Positions 1-7,941 of a stretch of 64,000 bases of DNA are shown in pieces. The position numbers and the translations under genes are program-made. How positions within the stretch are numbered: position 1 is the stretch's first letter; the number at the start of each line of letters is the position of its first letter. The stretch lies in IMG/VR virus record IMGVR_UViG_3300010224_000009; one strand, written 5' to 3'. The notes under the pieces are model-generated. The model ran no database searches. It was not told where the DNA came from and saw only the letters and a list, made by a program, of their open reading frames with translations. The stretch comes from an uncultured virus (IMG/VR IMGVR_UViG_3300010224_000009). Taxonomy: Duplodnaviria > Heunggongvirae > Uroviricota > Caudoviricetes.

Positions 1-415
1 GCGGCTGCTGAGGCGCAGTAGGCGCGGCAATGGCACGGCAGGCCGGGGCGCGGGCCAGCAGGGGCGGGGCGGAAAGCCCTGCCTTTTAAGCAACTTAGAC
101 TAAAATTGTAATAAAAGTTTAGATTGTTGCATTTGTCTAAAATTTTATGCGTATTTGTCGCGTATTTTAATTGATCGCATTTTAGATAAATTTGCTGCGC
201 ATTTTAATGGCATTTTAATAGATTGGATTTGTGTAAAAGTTTAGACAATTGCAATCCGTTAACCATAAGTCTGGTTTGCGGTTGCGCTTGGGGCAGAAGT
301 GTGGTAGTCGCGGGCGCGTAACGATTTGTTAACCATGTGCTGACAATGCGGTTGCGCTTGCTGGTGGCCCGTGCAATGGTCGGTCTAACAACAACAGCAC
401 AAGGGGGCTTTGCCC

Positions 416-835
416 GTGGAGTTGCTAATAGAGTGCCACCGCGAGGGGCGCAACCAAGATGGCAAGCTTATTGCGCGGGCCATACTGTTTGACGTTGACC
501 CAGACAATTGTTGCAAAACCATTAACGAAATTGCCGAGGTTGAAGTTATTGTTGACCCCGCGCATTGCTACAATCTGCGGCATTTAGCTAAAGTTGTAAC
601 GAGATGGGTAGGCAACGAACCGTTAACCTTTATGAACAAGGGGTTAACGTTTGGCCGCGCAACCGCAACCGGGACCAAGGCGCGCATGGCATTGGTGCAA
701 GTGGTGCAGCGCTGGCAACAGACCGGCAGCACACAACCGCCGCCACCGCCGCCCCGGCAACCGGAGCCGGCACAAATGCGATGGTTAACAGATGATGAAT
801 GGTTAATGGTTTTGGCCAGCCGAGGAGAACTGTAA
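416..835 (+). CDS. early hypothetical protein (Pro-rich linker near C-terminus)
   Basis: ORF 410-835; GTG at 416 follows the repeated promoter/leader (caacaacagcacaaggggg). Confidence 0.7.
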   Translation: MELLIECHREGRNQDGKLIARAILFDVDPDNCCKTINEIAEVEVIVDPAHCYNLRHLAKVVTRWVGNEPLTFMNKGLTFGRATATGTKARMALVQVVQRWQQTGSTQPPPPPPRQPEPAQMRWLTDDEWLMVLASRGEL

Positions 836-836
836 A

Positions 837-980
837 ATGCAAGACAATTTGTATGCACTTGCCACGGTGCGGCTTATGGCCCCGGCACGCAAGCCATGGT
901 TAACGATCCGTAAAGTCGGCGGCTTGCTGCACTGGCGCATTGGGCGCTTGGGCGGCAGCTTCTACCTTGCCAAGCGTTAA
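837..980 (+). CDS. small hypothetical protein, 47 aa (MQDNLYAL...KVGGLLHWRIGRLGGSFYLAKR)
   Basis: Read manually; ATG just after the upstream stop, preceded by GAGGAG; below the ORF-track cutoff. Confidence 0.6.
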   Translation: MQDNLYALATVRLMAPARKPWLTIRKVGGLLHWRIGRLGGSFYLAKR

Positions 981-992
981 CTGAATTTTAAC
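977..992. promoter_or_regulatory. CtrA consensus box
   Basis: TTAA-ctgaatt-TTAAC just upstream of the promoter copy at 1005. Confidence 0.7.
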
Positions 993-1004
993 CACGATCA
1001 GACT

Positions 1005-1072
1005 TGCCGCTTGCATGGGCGGCAGGTTATGCTATTGTCGGTCATCAACAACGCAACAGGGGTTTGCACATG
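1005..1072 (+). promoter_or_regulatory. repeated early sigma70-like promoter plus leader (TTGC..N..TGCTATTGT cggtcat caacaacgcaac RBS ATG)
   Basis: Near-identical copies at ~352-410(+), 1005-1072(+), 1700-1785(-), 1828-1912(+), 2459-2547(-), 2588-2676(+). Confidence 0.8.
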
Positions 1073-1162
1073 CGCATTTCTAGTTCAGCAATTGCCGCTG
1101 CCATGGCTTGCAGCTATGCGGTCGGCGTTTACGCGGTCGTAATGCTGGCTTGGGGGCTGTAA
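1070..1162 (+). CDS. 30-aa hydrophobic peptide
   Basis: ATG directly follows the conserved leader ggggtttgcac; MRISSSAIAAAMACSYAVGVYAVVMLAWGL. Confidence 0.5.
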   Translation: MRISSSAIAAAMACSYAVGVYAVVMLAWGL

Positions 1163-1164
1163 CG

Positions 1165-1329
1165 ATGCAGAAACTTTTAGATAAATTTGCGGCAGACCCT
1201 ACAAAGGCCAACGCGCAGCGCGTGGTCAGGTATGGCAACCGCCATCCCATGTGGCCGGTAACGGCAGGCGGCGAACGCAATATGAAGCTATGGCAAGCAG
1301 CGCAGCGCATGGCCGGTCGGGTAAACTAA
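1165..1329 (+). CDS. small hypothetical protein
   Basis: ATG at 1165 within ORF 1108-1329; followed by GC hairpin ggggc-tta-ggcccc. Confidence 0.55.
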   Translation: MQKLLDKFAADPTKANAQRVVRYGNRHPMWPVTAGGERNMKLWQAAQRMAGRVN

Positions 1330-1334
1330 CAAAC

Positions 1335-1418
1335 GGGGCTTAGGCCCCGGCACGCCTGATAGATACAATTTTAATAAAATTTTAGATATCGGGTATGGCT
1401 TGGGGCGCATGGCCCCTT
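1335..1418. repeat. convergent-terminator block, copy 1 (hairpin - AT core - hairpin)
   Basis: 30-bp exact repeat tttaataaaattttagatatcgggtatggc at 1370-1399 and 2223-2252, flanked by GGGGC/GCCCC hairpins. Confidence 0.8.
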
Positions 1419-1425
1419 GCCCCTG

Positions 1426-1701
1426 TTAAGCCTTGAACTTTACGCTGCCGCAGTTAACTTTGATGGTGCCCGTGCGGCCGTTGGGCTTGTAAACCACCGT
1501 AATAACCCAACCGCGCGTCATGCTAACAAAAGTAAAATCGGTGCCCGCCAAAAGCTTAACGATTTCCGCCTTGTAATCGTTAAAATCTTCATAATCGCGT
1601 TCGTCCTGCCAGCGGCCCCGCAGGTACATAATGCGGTCGTCGTTGGCCTTAAACCATGCTTGCATGGCGTCCAGTGTGGGCGTTGCGCTCTGTGTTTGCA
1701 T
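1426..1701 (-). CDS. early hypothetical protein (MQTQSAT...)
   Basis: ATG at 1701 follows a reverse-strand copy of the conserved leader. Confidence 0.75.
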   Translation of the reverse strand: MQTQSATPTLDAMQAWFKANDDRIMYLRGRWQDERDYEDFNDYKAEIVKLLAGTDFTFVSMTRGWVITVVYKPNGRTGTIKVNCGSVKFKA

Positions 1702-1912
1702 TGGTAAAACCCTTGTGTTTGTTTGGTATGATCGACCATACCACATAGGCCCCAAGGTGCAAGCGCAAGCGCCGATCATGGTTAACAGGCAGTTAACAGC
1801 GGTCTTAGTGATTTGTTAACCATAACCCGCATAGGTAGAAAATAACTGTTGCATGCTGCCATGGGTATGCTATTGTCGGTCATACCAACAACGCAACGGG
1901 GTTTGCACCATG
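1700..1912. promoter_or_regulatory. divergent promoter pair with CtrA boxes between
   Basis: TTAA-caggcag-TTAAC 1782-1797 and TTAG-N7-TTAAC 1805-1820 lie between two outward-facing promoter copies. Confidence 0.75.
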
Positions 1913-2179
1913 CCAATAACTGTGAAGATGTTTTACGCGACCAACGTTTACGGCCATGTATGGTGCTACGTTGAACCGGCCGAAACGCTGATGTCGTTCA
2001 CTGGCGAATATGGCTGGATGGACCGCACCGACCCGCAGTTTGGGGCAAACGCGACCCCGGTGCTTTGCAGCGGCATTAACGATTTGGCAACCCTGTTCGA
2101 GGAAGAAATGGGCGAGGACCTGCTTTCTGGCGGCAGCGGCTATAGCTACCACGAAGTTAACACGGTCGTTAAATTCTAA
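1910..2179 (+). CDS. early hypothetical protein (MPITVK...)
   Basis: ATG follows the conserved leader caacaacgcaacggggtttgcacc. Confidence 0.75.
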   Translation: MPITVKMFYATNVYGHVWCYVEPAETLMSFTGEYGWMDRTDPQFGANATPVLCSGINDLATLFEEEMGEDLLSGGSGYSYHEVNTVVKF

Positions 2180-2270
2180 AGGGGCTTGGGGCGCGGCCCC
2201 TTGCAGCCCTGATAGGTAAAACTTTAATAAAATTTTAGATATCGGGTATGGCGGGGCGCATGGCCCCTTT
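2179..2270. repeat. convergent-terminator block, copy 2
   Basis: Same structure as copy 1; lies between convergent genes. Confidence 0.8.
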
Positions 2271-2272
2271 GG

Positions 2273-2461
2273 TTACTTTAGCAGGTCTGGCGGCTGCAGT
2301 TCAAAAACGCACTTAACGCCCTTCTGCTGGTCGACCGGGCAAATGCCAAGCGCAGGCAGTTCGCACAAGTAGGCGTAGGCCTCGTCAAAGCTGGCAAACG
2401 GGCCAATATGCTGTGTTTCTAAGTTAAGCTGGCCATGCTGCCTAAAAATCACAATGTACAT
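2273..2461 (-). CDS. early hypothetical protein
   Basis: ATG follows a reverse-strand copy of the conserved leader. Confidence 0.7.
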   Translation of the reverse strand: MYIVIFRQHGQLNLETQHIGPFASFDEAYAYLCELPALGICPVDQQKGVKCVFELQPPDLLK

Positions 2462-2676
2462 GGTGCAAACCCTTGTTGCGTTGTTGTTAGACCGAACTTA
2501 CCACAATGGCCCCAAGGTGCAAGCGGGTTTGCCGATCATGGTTAACAAGTGGTAAACTGGACCGTTAACCGGGCATTAACCATTGCGCGCATAGGTAGAA
2601 AATAACTGTTGCGCGCTGCCGTGGTTATGCTATTGTCTGGTCATACCAAACAACAACGCAACGGGGTTTGCACATG
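2459..2676. promoter_or_regulatory. second divergent promoter pair with CtrA boxes
   Basis: TTAA-N7-TAAAC 2542-2557 and TTAA-ccgggca-TTAAC 2565-2580; 25-bp identity cgcataggtagaaaataactgttgc (1828-1852 = 2588-2612). Confidence 0.75.
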
Positions 2677-2997
2677 GGTGACCGCATTGAGCGCATGGTA
2701 GTAGAGGGGCAGCGGTTTACCGTTGCGGGGCTGCTGGAAGAGCACAAGGCTGGCAGGTTTAAGCCCATGGACAAGGCTGATTTTATGGCCTTTGCCGACG
2801 CACCCGAGGGCAGCAAAATGCTTAACGCGCACGACGAGGACTACGATATTAACTATACGTACATACTGGCCCCGCACAAGGCCGAGGGCGTTATACACCT
2901 TGAATGCGTTGCGCAGGTGGATGGCGGCGGCGAATACATTTATATTGCCACCGTGGACCGGGGCGGCATTGTAACGGATTGGGAGCAAATTGGCTAA
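2674..2997 (+). CDS. early hypothetical protein (acidic)
   Basis: ATG follows the conserved leader; ends before hairpin gccccggc-tttgca-gccggggc. Confidence 0.75.
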   Translation: MGDRIERMVVEGQRFTVAGLLEEHKAGRFKPMDKADFMAFADAPEGSKMLNAHDEDYDINYTYILAPHKAEGVIHLECVAQVDGGGEYIYIATVDRGGIVTDWEQIG

Positions 2998-3243
2998 AAT
3001 TGTATCTTTCGGTATGCCCCGGCTTTGCAGCCGGGGCGCGCTTAATTGGTGCCGATAGTTAAAGTTTTAGACTTGTTTGCCGTATGTTTTAATAAAGTCA
3101 CGGGCGATCTTGGTTAACACAATCCTGCCATTACGGTCGGCCAAATACCCGGCTTTTATTAAAAACTGCTGGTCGGCCTTAGTGATTTGTTTACCGACTA
3201 CAATTTTATTTAAAAGCTTGACGATCGTTGGTTCGGCCATGGC

Positions 3244-3759
3244 TTAACGCCGTGCAGTGGCCGCAAGCAAAGTATTAGCGACCCATGGGTGGTCGCGGGT
3301 AATGTACTTCTTGCGCGGCACAAGTATTGTTTGCCCGTTTGGCTGCGGCTCTTCCACCTGTTGCATGTAATAATAAGTATTGTTTGCCTCGTCTATTACT
3401 AGGCTGGCAAACTCTTGCTTTTCTTTGTTTTGCAGTTGCTTGGTTAAGCGCTGCTGGCCGTGCCATGCGTGCCGCAATGCTTCTACCTCTGCCATAGCCA
3501 TTTGGTAGGCCTCTGCAAAGGCCGCTACCCGCGCCCCGTTGGCAGCGTGCAATTCCCTACCAAGGACGGTTAATTTTGTCTTTAACAGTGGCCGCATGTG
3601 GCCATGGTGCTTAACCATGGACGGTATTAATTCGTTAACCTTTTGCGTTAACCGATCGTTAGCCTTAACAACCTCGTCTATATATGATTGCAATATAGCT
3701 AAATCTTTATCGAACTCTGCCTGTGGCTTTTGGGTAAACGGTTCGTAATTAGTGCGCAT
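3244..3759 (-). CDS. coiled-coil hypothetical protein
   Basis: 171-aa ORF with upstream AGGAG on the minus strand. Confidence 0.75.
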   Translation of the reverse strand: MRTNYEPFTQKPQAEFDKDLAILQSYIDEVVKANDRLTQKVNELIPSMVKHHGHMRPLLKTKLTVLGRELHAANGARVAAFAEAYQMAMAEVEALRHAWHGQQRLTKQLQNKEKQEFASLVIDEANNTYYYMQQVEEPQPNGQTILVPRKKYITRDHPWVANTLLAATARR

Positions 3760-4275
3760 TTTAGATATCTCCTGCCGTTACTTGCCTGTTGGTTGTATTG
3801 CGTGGCCCGTGGTTGTGGTAGCCGGTTGCATGGCCAGTTAGCACAATTTTATGTAACTAAGCAAACGATTTTACGCAAATGGTACGCTTTACCGTTTTCC
3901 GAACATTTTTAGTAAAATGCGCACGGGGCGCTGCCGGGTGGCCGTGGGGCGCGGCCCGTGGGCCGAAAGCCATGCCCCAACAGGCAGTTAGCAAAGCGTT
4001 AAGGTCGGAATTAAAGGTTTAATAAAATTGTCGTACGTTCACAATGCCCCTTTTTACTATACTGTGGAGGCAACTATTTTAAATTAATGGTAAGTTTTAT
4101 TTATTAATTAAAATAAGTTAGGTTTAAAGTATAGGGAAACGGCCCTACTTTGTGTGCCGGGTGAACTCTTTAAGCAACAGCTAATATAATAGGCTGCAAG
4201 TTGTCTAAATGTTTAGAGATCGCAGACCGCTTATATTCTGTTTGTGTGGGGCGCAAGCCTAAAGTCGGATCATGG

Positions 4276-4291
4276 TTAACGGGTAGTTAAC
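4276..4291. promoter_or_regulatory. CtrA consensus box
   Basis: TTAA-cgggtag-TTAAC, preceded by the same gatcatgg context as 1782 and 2542. Confidence 0.7.
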
Positions 4292-4674
4292 AGCCGCAGG
4301 CCCCGGCAAGGCCGGTTTCCATCTCGTTAACCTCGGTTATTACATGCGTACATGCGTATATGGAAAATGACCGGGCAAATGGCACGTTGCGCAGGGGCAG
4401 CGCAGCACGTACCTAGCACCAACAACGACCGCGCTAAGCCACCTAGCAGCCCCGCCCACGCGGTCGGCAGGCATGCAAGCTACCACCCTAGCCGCAGCGC
4501 GGCACGCGCGCCACGGGCCAGCTATGGCGGTCGTCCTACCCATGGCAACAGCCCCGACAATGGTTAACGGCCTAAACAGTTTAGTTGCATAACCTGTATT
4601 ATGGAACTTAGATTAAACAGTTTAATTTAACGACCTAAAAGTTTAAATAACCTTTAAAATGTTTAAATGGATGG

Positions 4675-4690
4675 TTAACAAACAGTTAAT
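4675..4690. promoter_or_regulatory. CtrA consensus box
   Basis: TTAA-caaacag-TTAAT. Confidence 0.6.
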
Positions 4691-4947
4691 ACGATCGCTA
4701 AAGTTTTATCTGTTAAAGTTTGTCTAAAATTTAAGCTAAAAACAATCTACTCCTGTCGGCTCTCTAGCTCCGCGCTCCCTCGCGTCTCGGTGTCTGGCAA
4801 ATTCTGCCAAAATTCTTTTCAACGAATGGTTGCGGTTTAAAACCCTGCAACTTGGGGCCACGGGCCGAGAAGAAAATGCCCACATCAGTCACCAGAGAAA
4901 ATTTTACCCCTTGCCAAGCACATAAAATAGCTGCTATTTACCCTCCC

Positions 4948-5640
4948 AGAGCGAAAAGGCAGCCGAGGAAGTCCGGTAAAACGGGCGACGGTCCGATCTC
5001 ACGTATTAGACCATCCGTGAAGGAAGACACACCGATAGCTGCCCTGTCGAGCTAGGATATAAGTCCAAGTACGGTAGCAACCCGAAACGGAGTAGTCATC
5101 TCTCGCTGGGTGACGAATGGTCCAGGGTCAGTGTTGAGCCTTCATCACAAATCGCTGCAACCGCAAGCCGGATAGTGCATTCCTAGCCTTCTAGCTCTTC
5201 CAGTTTAACGAATGCCCCCTCAAGGGCCGCATGTACGATATATTGCGGTCGGCGAGCAGTGGGTAACGGATCGACTTGCTGTTATGGTTGGTCGATCCGT
5301 TCAATTTTGCGGAGCGCCGCGAGCGCTTGTCAACGGGCAACGGTCATCCCCCTTCCGACCCCGACCGTTGGACGCAAGCCGGGATGAGGCGAAGTCACTC
5401 ACCGCTGAACCCGGCACCACTCGTTAGTCTGCCATCGGGCCGCAACACCCTGATGACTAATCCTAATCCGGTTGCAGAGTGCCGGAGGAAGCATGGATGG
5501 AAAGCCTATGGCATAACGAAATCCATGTACTGGGCCAAGTCAGGATGGTCCAGCGCGTCAGAATGAGGCTAATGACAGAAGCCTGACGGAAATATTGTCT
5601 CAGAAAAGGGCATGGTCAGAAATGGCTGTGCCCTTTTCGC
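4948..5640 (+). ncRNA. candidate large structured non-coding RNA (~690 nt)
   Basis: Upstream TTGCCA(4911)..TATTTA(4935); many helices (5265-5275/5291-5301, 5155-5163/5469-5477, 5338-5345/5363-5370, 5491-5498/5521-5528); terminal GAAA-capped hairpin 5603-5638; no credible ORF. Confidence 0.65.
5603..5640 (+). terminator. 16-bp hairpin with GAAA loop, probable terminator or RNA 3' end
   Basis: gaaaagggcatggtca-gaaa-tggctgtgcccttttc (with G-U pairs). Confidence 0.7.
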
Positions 5641-5880
5641 GTTCATAGCCGCCGCAAATTCTGCCATAAATGTTTTCAATAAGCCTAGTTACCCAAAACC
5701 GTTTAACGCTGCTTGTTGCGTGGAATAAAAACACACTATCTAATGCGCAAATTTGCTTGCCATTGAGAGAGCCTTGAGCTAGTTCTGACACTGCCTGCTC
5801 GGGCTTCGTTGGCCGGTCGCCCTCCTCGCTCCAAACGTAACGGTGACCGGCCACTCCATCTCTCGGCACGAGGGACTATC

Positions 5881-6051
5881 GTGCAAGAAGAGAGCATCCT
5901 ACACAAATTCGTGGAGAAATCTGACGAATTGGCCCTGCAAGTCAATGAGCTTGGGGTCATCCTGGACCCGCGCATATACGACGACTGGTTCGTCCTGCTG
6001 AAGAGGGTCAAGGAATGGATGCAAACCTGCGAAAAATCAACGACGGACTAG
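5881..6051 (+). CDS. hypothetical protein
   Basis: GTG at 5881 after GAGGGA. Confidence 0.55.
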   Translation: MQEESILHKFVEKSDELALQVNELGVILDPRIYDDWFVLLKRVKEWMQTCEKSTTD

Positions 6052-6221
6052 ATGAGCTCCTCAAGAAGACGCAGCACATCAATCGGATCATGTTGAAGCA
6101 GGACGACATCATCACGACCTTGCTGCTGAACTTCCGCAAACGGCCAAATCTGGTCAATCCAGACGTTTTCGCTTGGTTTGAGCATGAAGTTGAGCAACTG
6201 AAAGCGCTCAAGTATGAATGA
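6015..6221 (+). CDS. hypothetical protein
   Basis: 68-aa ORF with AAGGA upstream. Confidence 0.6.
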   Translation: MDANLRKINDGLDELLKKTQHINRIMLKQDDIITTLLLNFRKRPNLVNPDVFAWFEHEVEQLKALKYE

Positions 6222-6298
6222 ACGGGCCATGTTCGGCATGCTTTTGCTCGGCACGATCGCCTTTGCGGCGGTAATTTTGATCGGAGGACTGCTTCAAC

Positions 6299-6775
6299 AT
6301 GGCTAAAGTTCGTCCAGAAACCCGCCTGAAACGCTTTGTGAGGGGTAATTATCCCGGATGGAGCGAAGCTTATGAACCCGGCCTGGGGTCAGGGGTCGGC
6401 TATCCTGACATTCAGGTGTTGGGGCCAAGCGGGAAATTGCTCCCGATCGAGCTAAAAATCGGTGTTGTGAAGGCGGGAAGGCTGCATCCGAGCGAAGTTC
6501 GGGGTCCGCAGGTGGTCTGGCACCGCGAATTTGCCCAATCTGGCGGCATTTCAGTGATGCTTATCGGGCTGGAAACCGGCAATGCTTCCGGCAAATTCGA
6601 TCTGTTTTTCGTGCCAGGAATGGACATGATCGACTGGAAAGAGGGATACGAATTCGACAAATTGCACCATATTATGGCTGACGACCCGCTTCTGAGTGAG
6701 AGATTTGTCGGTTTGGTGCAGTATTTCCTCAAGGAAAGCCCTGTCAGCCCCTTGCGCGCTGTGGCGGTCGCATAA
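6299..6775 (+). CDS. PD-(D/E)XK nuclease, VRR-NUC / Holliday-junction resolvase-like
   Basis: GYPDIQV...IELKIG...QVVWHREF..SGG motif. Confidence 0.75.
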   Translation: MAKVRPETRLKRFVRGNYPGWSEAYEPGLGSGVGYPDIQVLGPSGKLLPIELKIGVVKAGRLHPSEVRGPQVVWHREFAQSGGISVMLIGLETGNASGKFDLFFVPGMDMIDWKEGYEFDKLHHIMADDPLLSERFVGLVQYFLKESPVSPLRAVAVA

Positions 6776-6808
6776 TATAACGAGGGCCGAACCTACGGAG
6801 CCGCTCCC

Positions 6809-7450
6809 GTGACCGAGATTACCGCCGAAGACCTGACGATCAAGGACCTGTTCCTCAAGGCCGAGCTTGACAAGGTCGATTACGACCCCGAACTGGCGAC
6901 CATGTTCTGCCAGAACATCATGGAAGGCAACTCCATGATCGAGGCGGCGTGCGGCGTCTATGCTTCCGACGACACTCCCGGCATGTGGGAAAGCGACGAT
7001 CCGGACGAGCAGAAGCAGCTTGATCGGGAATTGCGCAAGCACGGGGCCGCGCTTCTGCGGAAATTTAAGCGCTGGATGGTGCTCAACGACCGCTTCGACC
7101 AGATGGTCAAGCTGGCGCTCCAGCAGCGCTGCTATGCCTACGTCGAAGAGATGGTCGAGATCGCTGACGATGCGACCGACGATGCTGTGATGGGGGCCAC
7201 CGGGCCGACGATCAACGGTCGCGCCATTCGGCGTGCCGAACTGATGATCAACACCCGCAAGTTCGTGGCTTCCAAGCTGCTGCCGAAGGTTTTCGGCGAC
7301 AAGACCCAAATGGAACTGACCGGCGCAGACGGCAAGGACCTCGGTCCGGTTGCGTTCAATATTCAACTTATCCCATCGGGCGCTTTTGTCACGGCAGAAC
7401 AGGCGCTCAAGGAAGCAGAGGAGCGAGACGGCGGTGCTCCAGCCACCTAA
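6809..7450 (+). CDS. terS: terminase small subunit
   Basis: EEMVEIADD...AIRRAELMINTRKFVASKLLPKVFGDK..ELTGADG, typical TerS C-terminal half. Confidence 0.8.
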   Translation: MTEITAEDLTIKDLFLKAELDKVDYDPELATMFCQNIMEGNSMIEAACGVYASDDTPGMWESDDPDEQKQLDRELRKHGAALLRKFKRWMVLNDRFDQMVKLALQQRCYAYVEEMVEIADDATDDAVMGATGPTINGRAIRRAELMINTRKFVASKLLPKVFGDKTQMELTGADGKDLGPVAFNIQLIPSGAFVTAEQALKEAEERDGGAPAT

Positions 7451-7478
7451 ACCGAGAAGTGTCGGTGATCGTACCGGC

Positions 7479-7835
7479 ATGGAACTGATCAGCCTCGCAC
7501 AACGGCTGAAAGTTCGTGAGAATTTCGCAAAGCAGGCCAACAGGCACCTGCAAGGACAAGAAATCAGCGAAGCCAACACCAACGACATTATCACCTATCT
7601 GGCAAGATATGGCGGTCGGGTCGAGGTTCGTGGCTTGGGGACATTTTTTGTTGTCGATGTGCCTGCAAAACCGCGTGTCGTGAACGGTTTAACTATTGTC
7701 AGACCTGCACGGCGCATAGTAGACTTCAAGCAGTCGACACTACTCCGCGACATGCTGAACAACGACTTTTTCAGCGATGAGGTTCCAACGCCCAACAGCG
7801 ATTATTTCGTTGAAGTGCGGAACATCATGCTGTAG
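7479..7835 (+). CDS. HU/IHF-like DNA-binding protein
   Basis: GRVEVRGLGTFFV..VPAKP....TIVRPARRIVDFKQSTLLRDMLN matches the HU beta-arm motif. Confidence 0.75.
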   Translation: MELISLAQRLKVRENFAKQANRHLQGQEISEANTNDIITYLARYGGRVEVRGLGTFFVVDVPAKPRVVNGLTIVRPARRIVDFKQSTLLRDMLNNDFFSDEVPTPNSDYFVEVRNIML

Positions 7836-7941
7836 GCGATCTCCGTAATTGGCTGGCCCTTGGAGATCGTCGACATTCGGCGGCGGGGACACTGACCGCA
7901 CTCTGGTTTCCGGGGTGCGGTCGATCTCTAAGAGGGCTTGA

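Noticed and set aside
1005..2676. Repeats as a CRISPR array or integron attC sites
   Set aside because: Spacing is irregular, orientation alternates, the spacers are whole genes, and no cas or integrase gene is present.
4340..4567. ORFs at 4340-4543(-) and 4352-4567(+)
   Set aside because: No RBS or conserved leader and low-complexity translation; probably non-coding.
1..4744. GA/TC depletion explained by UV-dimer avoidance, GATC restriction or low GC
   Set aside because: TT and CC remain abundant, GATC is present several times, and GC-rich genes in the segment show the same purge.
4964..5420. RNase P RNA-like words (GAGGAAGTCCGG at 4965, GAACCCGGC at 5407)
   Set aside because: The P4 pairing is incomplete (no CCGGCUU), and spacing and other conserved regions do not fit. 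Kept only as an unassigned structured RNA.
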